Source: Vicugna vicugna (taxonomy: Eukaryota). Taken from it: a DNA stretch of 64,000 nucleotides. Within the stretch, counting starts at the first letter, position 1, and every line of letters begins with the position of its first letter. A program made the translations under genes and the position numbers. The notes under the pieces are model-generated. The model saw only the letters and a list, made by a program, of their open reading frames with translations. It did not search any database and was not told where the DNA came from. The stretch covers positions 4,386,773 to 4,450,772 of the forward strand of contig MU059418.1 in NCBI GenBank assembly GCA_013265495.1, given 5' to 3'. Below, in pieces: positions 14,001 through 26,160 of this stretch.

Positions 14001-15949
14001 GTGTGGTGGAAACGCATCACGTACCACTTGAGAACAGGAGTGATCACAGCTGCCCTCACTGAGGCTCACAGCATGCCAGGCACGTTAGTGGTATCTGCAC
14101 ACATCATCTCATTTAACCCTTAAGGTTGGAAGATGTGTGATGCACCTTTTTACAACAAGGAAACTGAGGTCCAGAGACATTAAGTAACTTGCCCAAGATC
14201 ACACAGCCAGGAAGGCACAGACCTTAGATCTAACAGTAGCCTGAGGCCTGTTCATGAAGCTGGAAACACTGAATGAATGAGGAAACTGAGGCTGAGCCCT
14301 TTCCCAGGCAGTGAGAGGTCCCCAGCCAGGTCCCAGTCCCTGTGAGACCTTGGGCTCAATCCCCAGCCTTCTGGGACTACTTTTCATCTTATCCATCATG
14401 ATTGGCTCAGGCGGCCTCCAGAGCTCTGCCCGGTGACTTCTTGGGATGAACAGGAGCCCATGGGGGTGGGTCCATGAGAAGACCTTGAAGCAAAGCTCAG
14501 TGGCACCCCCCTTCCTTTGCCAGAGAGAGCAGCGGGGCCAGGAGACGGGACTGAGGAGCTCAGTGTCTGAGTTTACAGCAGCTCAGGCAGTGAGTACGGA
14601 AGCAGCTCAGAGACCGAGAGGGCAGGGCCAGGCCTCCTTCTGGCCTGTCTCCCTCCTCCTACCCACCCTCCACTTGTCTTCTCCTCACCACTAGCTTCTG
14701 AAGACTACAGGAGCTGATCAAATCCCAGACTGTCAGCACTGAATGGGCTCTTGAGGGGCCGCCCATTTAATAGAAGAGGAAACTGAGGCCTGGCCTGAAG
14801 AAAGGTTAGAGGCTAAAAGGGTAGATTATCCTGATTCAGGCAGACCTTGTCTTTCTATTCTACAAGCAGGTACTAAACACACATCGGAGAGCAGATCCTG
14901 AAGGAAATGGGGAGGGAAAGACACAGTTAAGCAAGACCCCAAAAACTCTACTGAGAGAGAAACCCTATTGGCCAGAAGAGCTACAGCGCAAAGCTAAGTG
15001 TTGCTGGGCAGATGTAAGTCAGCAGAGTGCCGTTAACTCAGCGGCTCTTGGCCAGGGGTGGTCTGGATGTCATGCCAGGACATCAACTAATAAGAGTAGG
15101 TAACATTTTGGCCTCTTCCAAAATCATGCCCAGGCAGTAGAACCCATGAAGCTTCCAGTCTCCCAGGCCAATGTCAACACACAATGGCTGGGCTGTCCCT
15201 GAAGCTGCCTGGGTGCCAGGCAGTGGGCAGACAGAGCCTGGTCTGCACCCAGCAGGTGCTCATATCCACTGAAAGTGTGAAGGCAAAGGCTGCTCTCAGG
15301 TCCCACACGACCAGAGGGAGTACCCCTTTCAGATGTCAGCCCTTCCCTCCTCTCACTGGGAACATGGAAAGGAGGTGGGCACAGGCCCTCAGGCACCGAT
15401 GGGGCCACTGTGTGCACAGGGCCTGTCCCAAAAAAGGCAGAAGACAATATCCTGGGATTTAGGAAGCTGCCTCTGAACCGGTTCTCCCACGACATCATCC
15501 TCTCGGGCTGTGGGACCGTTAGACTGGGCGGAAGTCGGACTCCAGCCAAGGGGATGTTCCCAGATGTCATGCTTTCAAACGGGATCCGCCCTGAAAGGCA
15601 GGCTGGGACAGGCCTGGGCCAGGAAAGCCCTGGGTAAAGACGCAGGATGGTGTTCTGGCCTCTCTTTGGCGGGAGATGGCCACAGGTCTTCCTGGCAGCA
15701 GTGCACATGAGTGCCTGTCCCAGAAAGGAGTCAACCAAAGGCCTGATGTCTGGCCTGGAGGTGGGGGCTCTGAGCAGCTGAATCAGAGGTCCAGCCCCTC
15801 ATTAAGTACCCACCCCCAACCCAAGTACCCACGGAGGTATCTTTTAAAGTACTTTTCTCAAGCCCCCTTCTCAAATCAGGGTCCTTTGGGCAGTCTCCTC
15901 TTCCAGGTCCCTCCCTCAGGAGAGGGTTTCCCAGATACAACGGGACCGG

Positions 15950-17620
15950 GATGTGACGGTGCCCTAGACGGACCTCAGGATGCCCCTGAGGGTTTGGGCC
16001 CCTTTCCCAGCTCATGTAGTGGGACAGTGGGCCGTCTGGGTGTCTCAGGCCGATGAGGCTGTGACACCCGGCGCCTCCCCGCGGCCTCCCTTTCCTCTAT
16101 CGGCACCCCCACCTTGAGATAGTCGTTCTCCGAGCGTAGCTCCTCCAGCTCTCGCACGAAGCCGCCTGGCCCGCAGTCCAGCATCTCCTCGGTGAGGTCG
16201 GAGAAGGCAAGCGAGGCACTGAGTGGCAGGCGGCTGCTGCCCACCGACGACGCAGCCACTGACGGCTCCTCGGGGGAGGCGGGCGGCCTCGGAGGCTGCT
16301 GTGCGGACGGCGCAGGCTGGGGAGGCTGCCCGGTGCGGGCCCCCGCCGGGCCCCCCGCCGCCGACTCGGCGTCGCTGCTCAGCGCCAGCTCCAGGCCCAG
16401 CAGGCGCGCCTCCTCCGACGCGCAGTCCGACACCTCCGAGCTGCTGTCGGTGAGGCTGGGCGGCGGTGGTGGCGGTCGCGGCCCGGTCCCTGGACGCGGA
16501 CGGCCCTTGGCTCGGACTCCGGTGCGGACCCCGGCCACCCGCGTCCCTGCGCCCCGCGCCCCGGGCGCCACCGCACGCCCCTTCTTGTCGGGCCGCGCCG
16601 AGGACGCAGCGCTGCAGGCGGCTGCGGCTCCCGGGCCTGGGCCGCGGCGGCCCTTGGCCAGCGACCAGCCGGCCACGTCCTTGGGCCGGGCCGGTGACGG
16701 CGCGCGGTGGCTCTTCTTCCTCTCTGGGGCGGGCGCAGGCGGGGGGCCGCAGCCCCGAGCCGGGGCCTCCCCCACCGGCACCTCCATCGCGACCTCCCTC
16801 GGCCTCAACGAGCCGCGCGCATGGCCCGGGCCTGCCCGAACTCCGCGCGCCGGGGGAGTCTCCCGGCGCCGCTCCGGCCGCTCCGGCCGCGGATCCTCAC
16901 GGCCCACCTCAGCCCCCGAGCTGCGCTCGGGTCCCGAGCCCCGCCGCACGGTCTCTCCGCTGCTCTGGGCTCGGAGAGAACGGCCCGACCGCCTCCAGGC
17001 GCCCCGGCTCCGGCTCCGGCTCCGCCCGGGGCCCGCCCCCCCGGCCTCGCCGCGCCCCCGGAGCGCGCCCGGGCCCCGGCTGCCTGCGCGCCGATCGCTC
17101 CCCCGGGCTCCAGCCCGGGCCCCGGCTCGGCCCGGCGCGGCCCGCCCCCCGCGCAGCCCCGCCAGCTCCCCGCCCCGCCGCCTCGGCTCGGGGGCGCGCG
17201 GCTCCGCGAACAAAAGGCGGACGCGGCGGGAGCGACAGGGAGGGACACAGGCAGCGAGCGAGGGAGGGATCTGCGAGGCAACAGCGACCCCCTCGAGGGT
17301 CAGGCAGGCCCGGGCTGCCGCGGCCCGAGATCCCTCCTTCTCCGCTCCGCCGCCGCCCCCTCCCCTGCCGGCCTGGGGAACGCACCCGGAGGAGGCGCCC
17401 CTGCTCCCCGCGTCCAGGCAGGGGTCGCGCGAGCGGCGAGAGGGGGTACTTCCAGGCAGAGGCCGGCCGGACCTCAGATCGCGGGAGCCAGCATCCATAT
17501 ACGCGCCGAGTACCTCGCCCCTCGCGGCTGCGCGGAGCGTGCGCAAACTCCGCCCCCCGAACCTCGCAGAGCGAGACCGATTATCCCATTGTACAGATGC
17601 ATAAACTGAAGCCTACAGAA
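15950..17620. promoter_or_regulatory. CpG island over SOGA1 promoter, 5'UTR and exon 1
   Basis: Very high GC and CpG density with GC boxes and G/C runs; boundaries approximate. Confidence 0.9.
16113..16787 (-). CDS. SOGA1: SOGA1/MTCL2 first coding exon (long isoform N-terminus, 225 codons)
   Basis: Translates MEVPVGEAPARGCGPPPAPAPERKKSHRAPSPARPKDVAGWSLAKGRRG...SLTDSSSEVSDCASEEARLLGLELALSSDAES...RELEELRSENDYLK, matching recalled human SOGA1 N-terminus. ATG at 16787-16785; phase-0 donor AAG|GTGGGG at 16113/16112; 675 nt. Confidence 0.95.
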
Positions 17621-18204
17621 GACACGCGATTAGTCAGTGGCAGAGCCAGGATGGAACCCAAACCTCGCACCTCCAGGGCGTGCTTCGGTTCTTCCACCGC
17701 TGCTTCCTTACATCCGTAGGGAGCGTGGAGCCCTGGATGCATGCCCGGCTCTGCCCGCCTTGACCGGCTGTGATTTCAGGCATACTCCCTCGTACCCTGA
17801 CCCGGGTCCCAAGCTTTGCACGACTAAAATGGAGGCGACCCGTTCTGAGGAATCAGACCAGCGGATGCTTTGGGAATAGGTTTCGGTTCCTGTGGGGACT
17901 CGTCTGGACTGGACACTGTTGCCCTGATCCCCACACGTCTCATCCCAAGAGCAACTCTGGAAGACCCCAGAGCCCCCGCTCTGGAGGCTGTCGTTTCTTT
18001 CCTTCCAGAATTGTGCTGTTATGTTGTTGATTTTCCCATGTGTCTGCCACACCTTCCCCGCCCCCGTTCCTCGCTGCTGCTCCGCGTCACCGCCGAGCCA
18101 TCGCTGAGCAGAGCCACTTGAAGCCCTTTGGCTGCCCCGCTGGCTGGCACTAACCCTCAGGGTGGCACCCCCTTGCCAGGCTGGGGGGTGGAGCAGGGCT
18201 GTGT

Positions 18205-18375
18205 TTACCCCTCTGCAGCCTCTTCTTCCTCCACCTGTTCCCCTCCATTTCCTTTTCCTCTTCCTTCTGCCCCTTTCTCCCTTCTTTTTCCATTTCTCCC
18301 TTTCCCTCCTCCTGCCCATTTTCTCCTTCCTCCTCCTCCTCCTCCCCCCAGTCCTGTTGCTGCATCTCCTCCTGC
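18205..18375. repeat. Polypyrimidine/polypurine (CT-rich) tract
   Basis: Almost pure C/T on the plus strand, including (CCT)n. Confidence 0.8.
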
Positions 18376-19036
18376 CCTTGACACACAGTTGGCATCAGGT
18401 CCACTTCTTTGTTTCCATCCCACTTCCCCCACCACAGCAAATACACTCCCGGGTACACCCTCTCCTGTGAGGCATGGCTTCACCCCATGGAAGTGTGTCT
18501 GTGTGTGTGAGTGCCCCCTCCATCCTCAGCTCCCTCCTCCAGGTACCCCTGCAGGGAGCCAGATATAGAGCAGGGCCACTCAGCAGGTCCTCTGCAAACA
18601 CTTCTTCAGGGGCATTTCCACCTCCTCCTAGCAAGGCACCAGCTTCCCTGCCCCCACTGTCCACTCACCCAATCCACAGGTACCAAGTAGGACCCTGAGG
18701 GACACAGTGGTGGACTTGTCAGTGGTGAGTTTCTGACCTCGTGGAACACACAGTATAGAGAGGTAGAGAGATGAGCCACCAAAGATTCACCACAAACAGT
18801 GTGGCATGGCATGGCACAGGGGCAAGGGCCAGGGCAGACTCTCCTGCTTCCCGGGCCTCAGAAGACCCTACTTGGTCTAGTCTAGTGTGACAGATGACAG
18901 GGTCCTTTCTGACAGGGGTCCAGAATTGACTCCAGGCAGGTGGGGAGGCCATCTAGGGCTTCCTGATCCCTGGGCACTTATACCAGGATCTATGTTCAGC
19001 ACTTAGTGGAGGATCTCAGAAAGGTTAGGAACTTCT

Positions 19037-19479
19037 TGTGGCTGATTGATTGTATTTTCCAAAGATAGTTACAGCAATATATAGCTCACCCCAATTATTC
19101 TTTCTTGCAGTACGGCATTAAATGACAGGGTCTATGTTTCCTCCCCTTGAACCTGAGCAAACTTCTGTGACTGCCTCAACCAATGAAGAATGGCAGAAGT
19201 GACACTGTGACTTGCAAAGCTAAGTCATATAAGGCAGTATGACTCTGACCAGCTCAGTCTCTCTCTGCCTCAGTCTCTCTGTGTCTCTCTGTCTCTGTCT
19301 CTCTCTCTCAATCCACTCTCCCTTGGAACTCAGCCACCACATTAGGAGGAAGCCCAGGCCTCGTGGAGAGGCCATGTGAAGGTGTTCCAGCCAACAACTC
19401 CAGCTCTGGTCCCGAGCAGGCCCCTGATATGTGACAGAGTGAACCTTCAGATGATTCAGCCCCTAGCCTCGGAGCTGCC
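19037..19479 (+). mobile_element. MLT1-family (ERVL-MaLR) LTR, running into an N gap
   Basis: TGTGGCTGATTG start; MLT1-like text (ccccttgaacctgagc, gtgactgcctcaaccaat, aggaagcccagg, ccttcagatgattcagccc). Confidence 0.7.
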
Positions 19480-19633
19480 NNNNNNNNNNNNNNNNNNNNN
19501 NNNNNNNNNNNNNNNNNNNNNNNNNNNNNNNNNNNNNNNNNNNNNNNNNNNNNNNNNNNNNNNNNNNNNNNNNNNNNNNNNNNNNNNNNNNNNNNNNNNN
19601 NNNNNNNNNNNNNNNNNNNNNNNNNNNNNNNNN
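19480..19633. other. Assembly gap (154 N)
   Basis: N run. Confidence 0.99.
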
Positions 19634-19742
19634 GAATGATTTGAACCCAGGGTCATCCAATTTCAGAGCCTGTTGAGTGGTATCTGGCTCAGGAAGACAG
19701 TGTGTGCTATATAAAGCTCTACTCAAGAAGGAATGAAGTAGA

Positions 19743-19868
19743 GGAGGGTATAGCTCAGTGGTAGAGTATATGCTTAGCATGCACAAGGTTCTGGGTTCAC
19801 TCCCCAGTACCACGATATAAATAAACAAATACCTAATTACACCCAAAAAAATAATAAATAAAAAAATT
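19743..19868 (+). mobile_element. tRNA-derived SINE, Vic-1-like
   Basis: ggagggtatagctcagtggtagag (A box)...ggttcactcccc (B box), A-rich tail, degenerate TSD aaggaatgaagta/aaggcatgaagca. Confidence 0.8.
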
Positions 19869-20129
19869 TAAAAAGGCATGAAGCATTAAATGATTGTAAC
19901 AATTATGTATCAGATTGTAAGAAATGAAGATGCTGATTACCCAGTGGGAAAATGGTTTATTTTCCCTTTCAAGCAGCTAAATTGACCAACATGATGGAAA
20001 CTGAATGGAGACTAAATTCTGGAAAGCTCCAAAGAGGATGTGATTTAAAAAAAAAAAAAACTAGAAGTTTTGTTCCTTATACGAACCACTGGCTGAAGGA
20101 GAATTAAAGAAATTGGTTGGGGAACCTAC

Positions 20130-22010
20130 TTTAAATAGGGTAGTCAAGGAGGCCTCTCTGAGGAGGTGACATTTAAACTGAATTCTTCAAAGAGCCAGAG
20201 TAAGAGAATTCTAGGCAGAGGGAACAGCAAGGGCAAAGACCCTAAAGGAGGACCAAGCTTGATAAATGTTCGAGGGAGTGAGAAGGTCAATGTGACTGGC
20301 CCTTGATGAGGGATAAAAGGGAAAGGAAAAGACAGAACTGGAGTGGTCAGCGGGGCCCAGGCATGCCCTCAGCAGGGGCTTTATTATCAATGCAGTGACA
20401 AGCCATTGGGACTTTGCAAGGAGGGGCATGATAGAATCTAATTTATGTTTTAAATAGATCACTCTACCTGATGGCAAGAGGATGCTAGAAGGTGGATTAA
20501 GGGGCTATTGAATGAGACTCAGAGAGATAACAGTGACTTGGATGAGGGTGGAGGCAGTGGGGAGGGAAAGAAGAGCGTAGTCTTGAGATCTGCTCTAGAG
20601 CTTTGAAGAGCCAGACACCCTTGGTTGGAGGTGGGGGATCAGAGAAATGAAGTCAAGTTCAGCTCCCAGGTTTCTGGCTTTAGTTACCAGATAAATGATG
20701 GCACCATTGAAGAAAACAGCTTGGAGGTGGTCAAGGGTAGAGAGACCAGGCTTGGAGAGAAATGGAGAGCTCTCTCTGGACACGTTCAGTTTGAGATGTC
20801 TATCGAGAGGTCCACATGAAGAACCCATCTAGGCCACTGACCTATGAGTGTGGAGCCCAAGGAAGCAGTTAGTCTGGAGTCACAAAGAGTCATCAGCATT
20901 TAGACAATATTTAAATTCACGAGTCCAGGTGAGGTCACACAGGGAGAGAGTCTAAAGAGAGATGAAAAACTGATCTAGAACCAGGAAGTTAAGAATTCCT
21001 GGGTCTATCACAAACTAGTGGTTACCAGTGCAGAGAGGGGAAATACAGGGGTAGGGGAGTAAGAAGTACAAACTATTCTGTATAAAATTAGCTACAAAAA
21101 TACATTATACAACACAGGTAAATATAGCCATTATTTTATAATAACTATAAATGGAGCACAACCTTTAAAAATTGTGAATCACTACATTGTACACCTGTAA
21201 CTTACATAATACTGTACATCAACTATACTTCAATTTTTAAAATTAAAAAAGTTAAATTAAAAAAAAATTTAAAGATTAATAGTTGTTACCTCCGAGAGTG
21301 GATGAGATTGGGAGAAGACAGATAAAGGGAGCTGTCAATAATTACTCCAAAAACATCTATCATTAATTGTTTGAATCTTATTAAATGATACTATAGCCAC
21401 ATAATATGTCTTTAATAAAGGAGAAGATTAAAAAGAAAAGAAAGAAAAAAGAATTCCTCATTCTAGAGAGTGGGTGAAAGAGAAGCCAGCCACAAAAGAC
21501 AAAGAGGGAGGCCAGTGAGGGAGGAGGGAAACCAAGACAGCGTGTTGTGTGTTGTCAGGAGTAAATGTACCAAGAGGGGGGACTGCTGGGTCAAGCAATG
21601 GAGAAGCTGGATGAAGATGAGAGCAGGAAAGTGCTCCCTGCAGAGCGACATGGAGGCTGCTGGGGACCTTGACAGGAGCAGGGGTGGGGGGATAGATGCC
21701 AAAAGCGGCAGATTGAAGAGTGAACAGGAGGTAGCAGTGGAGTGTAGGGAGAAGAGGATGGAGCAGTCGTGGAGGGGACTGTTGTGTCGGGGTGGGGACA
21801 CACAGGAGATGGAAGAGGCAAAGATAGAGACAGGGCAGGAGAGGCAGAAAGGGACTGATCCAGGGAGCAGGACTGGCTTTCCAAAAGAACAGGGACCCTT
21901 CCTCCATTATACTCGAGGGAAGGCAGAAGAGATGGGTGAGAGGCAGGTGGTCTGTCGGGAAGCTGAGGGAGTGACTGATAATGGCTTCTGCTTTCTCAAT
22001 GAGGAATAAA
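20130..22010 (-). mobile_element. L2 LINE fossil (interrupted by L1 at 21001-21448)
   Basis: Reverse-strand L2 text (ggcagagggaacagcaagggcaaag, gaggccagtgagggaggagggaaacc). Confidence 0.75.
21001..21448 (+). mobile_element. 5'-truncated L1 3' end plus extra 3' segment, inserted in an L2
   Basis: L1 3'UTR text ending atcaactatacttcaa with A-rich tail (about 21270), then about 180 nt more and a second A-rich tail; 10-bp TSD AAGAATTCCT at 20991-21000 and 21449-21458. Confidence 0.8.
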
Positions 22011-23479
22011 GTCTCTGGCTGAGAGTGAGGAGACGAAGGAGTGGGAGTTATGTGAGGAGGGCAAAGCCTGTCGGTAAGAGTGGTCTGAGCCTGGACACCA
22101 GACATCCCAGGGTGTGTGAGGAGGGTACGTGATGCACCCACCCAAAGTGAAGCCACAGCCCAGCAAACACCAGGTGTAATCTAGTCATTTTCTCTTAACG
22201 AATTCAGGTTTATTTCGCATAGCTGAAACCGTACCGCATACCCAGTTTTATACCCTGCTTTTTTCCACTTTAGTAGCAGAAGCATTTCCCCATGCATTTA
22301 TAAGCTCTTAGCAAACATCACTTTTAATACTTAGAAATAAGTATTCAGAGTGGATGTTCCATGGGTCACTTAACCTTTCCCCCTTTTATTGGACAGTGAA
22401 ATTGTTTCCTGGCAATGACTTCTGCAGCTCTGAAAGAGGCGGTGTGTGGTCCGGGGGAGAAAGGAGAAGGCAGGCTGCAATGCAGAGCTGGGACGTTCAT
22501 CACTCTGGCTCCTAGAATCTCGTCATGGAAGCTTTTTAGAGGCTAATTCCATGGCAATTGGCGTTGCTGCCAGGTCACATTCTGAATTTTCCTGGACACA
22601 AGGACAAGGAATGGACAGCAGGGCGAATCTCACTGGTTTCTCAAAGTGCCCTAAGGTTCAGGAAATAAGCATGGAGAAAATAGACTTGGGAGAGGGGCCC
22701 TAAAAGCAGCAAGGACCAGATGTGTGACCCCCTGAGCTGTGTATAGTTCAAACACATATTGCAATAGCCATGTTTGAGGTGGCAACAGGGCTCCACACTT
22801 GCCTGTTTGCCCCATAATACAAGTCCTTGTGGTGTCCCACCCTTCCTGGAGGGGGCCTTGCCCCTGGAGACCTGGCCATGGGGAGAGGATCTGGGGACCC
22901 AAGTCTTTTCCACCACGGCCAGCAGAAGTGGGGTCTCTTTCAGCTGTGTGAAGACAGAGTGAGCCCCCAAGGGAGTGGCTCCACGAGAGGTAGGGCGACA
23001 TTTGGTGGGCAGATTTTTTCCAAGCGCTCCTGCCCTGAGTGGAGGCCACTTGCTCTGGGACTGCTGAAGCCCCTTCCAACCTTGAGGTTCTGTTTCTCAA
23101 GAGCACAGCATTCACTGAAGTCCCACGATGAGCAGGGACAGAGAAATAACCCCACTGAGAGCCTGACACTGGGCTTCCTGGGCATGCTGTCACCCGGTGA
23201 GGGAGGAATCCCCAGCCCATCCGAGAGAGGGGAAGCCGGCAGGGACAGAGCAGGGCTGCCTCTCCTCCCCCACCAGCCGGGGCCTCCCCTGCAGCACTGG
23301 GAGATTGATGGGGAGCTGCACAGCATGACCCTTTCCTGTAACATTTGCGCCCCTAAGGGATGGGCGTTCCGTGGTGGGCTTCAGGCACCAGGTGGCACCT
23401 GGTAGCTGTGGGGAGAGGCTCCAGGTTTGAGCCAAGGAGTTCAGTAAACCCCACCTCTTTAGGCTGGCAGGGGCAGAGC

Positions 23480-23835
23480 TGGGGGCCAGAGGTGACAAGG
23501 CTTGTTTATGGGATTTGAGTTTCTGCTGAAGGATAATCACTGTCAGGCCTTCCCAGCTGGAACCGGAGCAGGCGCAGGGCCAGGACCTGCCACCCCCTGG
23601 GCAGGTATAAGAGCCAGGGAGGAGGGCTGGGGCCCAGCTGGGGCAGAGGTACAAGCTGCCTGCTGGGAGACCAGGGTTCAGAGCTAAATCTGCTTTGTTC
23701 AGACCACCAGGTGGACAGGGTCAGTTCTGGAAGTGGCCCCTTCTCTGTGGGATCCAGGAGATACACTAAGGGAGCCATCAGGCTGCATAGGCTGGAGAGG
23801 CTAGAGGAGGTCACCAGAAGCTGAGACCCGGCAAG
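23480..23835 (+). promoter_or_regulatory. Candidate TLDC2 upstream promoter and non-coding first exon
   Basis: DR1-like GGGCCAgAGGTGA (23483-23495), TTTATGG (23505-23511), TATAAGAG (23606-23613), consensus donor AAG|GTGAGT at 23835/23836; acceptor tggcag| at 25441 just before the TLDC2 ATG. Confidence 0.45.
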
Positions 23836-25468
23836 GTGAGTACATTCTGTACGGTTCCTGCCTTTCCCCTCCCCAGTGAGCTACTCAGCCTGTGAGTGAC
23901 CGAGTGACTGTCTGTTTCAGAGGTGTAGAGACTGAGTGGCCGTTTGTCAGGGACTTGAGCCCTGAATCTCTCAGAGGGGCAGTGTGAGAGGATAGCAATC
24001 AGCATTGTCATTTATCCAGCTCTCACCAAACACCAGGTACTGTGGGTTATCTCACTGAACTAAGAACAGAAGGATGGGGGCCTGGCTCAGCACCCTAGTT
24101 CCTCAGGCATTATATTCCTTAACTCTTATAATAGCCCAATCAGATAGATAGGTATTAGTATTTTTACAGAAAAGGAGACTGAAACACAGAGATGTTAAGT
24201 AACTTGCCCAAGGTCACACAGCAAGTAAATGGCAAAACTAGGATTTCAACTCCCTGACTCCAGAGCCTGTGCTCTGAACCACCATGTTACACTCTCATGT
24301 GGTTGAGGTCAGTCCCTTCTGTTTTCTGAGTGGTAGTCTCCTTATTTGTAATTTAAGGGTGTGAGACATGATGATCAGAAAGATATTATCCTGAAATTCC
24401 CTAAAGGTACCTGAACATGAGTCAGCTGGGAAGTCTTGTTGAAAACATTTATGAAGAATGTGTGAATGAAAATAGAAAAAAAGAATGTGTGAATGCCTTT
24501 GAGCCATTATTCAATTTTTGAAATTCATCATAAAAGATATCAGATTTATGAACAAGGAAGCTCATTACATGTTATTTATAATCACAGAAAATTAGAAGCA
24601 AACAAAATGTCAAACATTTTGAGAAATAAATGATGTACATCCTATGATGAAATCATATGCAGCCATTAAAAATCATGGGTTCAAAAGGTACTGAATGTAA
24701 TTGGAAATTTTTCATTTGTTAAGTGGAAAAAGCACTATATGTGGTATGATCTATTTACAAATGTGTGTATACACATATATGTGAAATAAATATAAAAGGC
24801 GGGAAAACTCTTTAGGGGTTGAAAGTTTATCTTTGAGAGATGGAATTATGACTATCTTTATATTTTTCTTTATTCTTTTCTAGATTCCTCAAATTTTCTA
24901 TAGTAAACATGTATTGCTTTTTAATTAGAAGAATGAAGTTTGTTTTTATTTTATTTTTTTTAAAGGTCTACCCTTTGGTGTAGCTTGGCCCCTTTCAAGT
25001 TGATGTCATAGCAGCTTTGAGAGGAAACTGAATTGCAGGCCATCAGTACTGTGATGGCCTCTGATCCAGCCCGACATGTTACATGTGGGGAAACTGAGGC
25101 CCAAGGACTTATGCAAGGTCATACAGGGAGTTAGAGGCCCCAGACCCCTGGTCTGGGGGTTCAGGCAGCTGCCTAAAGGCCACAGTGCATAGGCCAGGCT
25201 GCCAGAAGGGCAAGGAGGTGGGAGGAATCACAACTAGAATTTACGGCTAACATGTGTTACAACTGCGGCTTTGAATGCCGAGTATAGCTGACCTCAGACG
25301 CACCCAGTGACAAGCTGGCCTGGGAGTGACAGGTGAGAGGGAGCAAAGGGCAGCGGGATGGGCATGGAGCCAGCCGGGTGTGCCCCAGGCCTCTCCCTCT
25401 CATCTCTAGGCCTCACCCACCGGTGCTTCCTCCCCTGGCAGGGCTGAGAGCCGGGCTCCGACAGGAGG

Positions 25469-25501
25469 ATGAAAGGTCTCCGCTGGCGTTACACTCGGCT
25501 G
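25469..25501 (+). CDS. TLDC2: TLDC2 coding exon 1 (MKGLRWRYTRL)
   Basis: ATG AAA GGT CTC CGC TGG CGT TAC ACT CGG CTG then donor GTAAGG; matches human MRGLRWRYTRL. Confidence 0.92.
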
Positions 25502-25879
25502 GTAAGGGGCCCAGCTTGGGCTGGGGGGCGGTCAGGAAAGGCAGGGGGAGGTGACATCTCTGGCAGGGTGGGGCCTGGGCCAGGGTCGGATTCAGGTGGG
25601 GGTCCCCCTTCTAAGCCCCTCCCCAGCTGGCCCAGGGTTCAAAGCAAGGACACAGGAACCTGCCGCCTTAGTGCTCAGCTCCATGGTCCTGAGATCCTCA
25701 GGGAGCAGACTGCTGTCTCCATCCCTTCCTCCCTGGAGTGGGTGTCAGATGGGGCTCTGTCCAGAAGCCCGTACAGCTAGGACCCCCTCCTTAGGCCTGA
25801 ACCTGGGAAACAGGAGAGCAGTGTCCTGTCCACCCCTTCAATCTCAAGGAAGTCTCTCCTTATGAAAAGCCCTGAGGTC

Positions 25880-26160
25880 ATCGTGTGCAGGCGTGTGTGT
25901 GCTCACACACACATACCCACACACACTCAAGCACACACTCTGGTACAGAGTGGAAGCTCAGTGGAGAGAATGAATGAATGAATGAATACATCACCCTCCC
26001 TGCCCAACATCCGTGCCCACTGACACATATTTACACGATCCCAACTCACACTCACAAACACATCGATAGGTAATACACAAAGCTGCATTCAACACCTGCT
26101 CACACTCATTTGCCTCCACAACTCTGTCTTAAGCAACACACAGATTCACACAGATGAATG
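25880..26160. repeat. CA-rich low-complexity tract in TLDC2 intron
   Basis: cacacacacatacccacacacactcaagcacacac and similar runs. Confidence 0.7.

Noticed and set aside
15124-15738. 204-aa minus-strand ORF in SOGA1 intron 1
   Set aside because: No recognisable homology or supporting exon structure.
16788-17546. 253-codon in-frame extension upstream of the SOGA1 ATG (523-aa ORF)
   Set aside because: Stop-poor CpG-island sequence with Arg/Gly/Ala/Pro low complexity; homology to SOGA1 starts at MEVPV, and the upstream ATG probably lies outside the transcript.
16192-17719. Long plus-strand ORFs (470, 417, 300 aa) antisense to SOGA1 exon 1
   Set aside because: Expected in very GC-rich DNA; no recognisable domain; shadows of the real exon.
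17708-18319. 203-aa ORF with a K/R/E-rich start
   Set aside because: Translation of the CT-rich low-complexity tract.
18663-18669. Consensus-like minus-strand donor (TGG|GTGAGT) suggesting an upstream SOGA1 exon
   Set aside because: A single 6-mer with no matching promoter or acceptor evidence; expected by chance.
19743-19812. tRNA-like sequences (also 42690-42761 and 53379-53450)
   Set aside because: A/B boxes followed by A-rich tails and no full cloverleaf: SINE heads, not tRNA genes.
21458-22156. 232-aa and 179-aa ORFs
   Set aside because: Lie within a decayed L2; no reverse transcriptase motifs.
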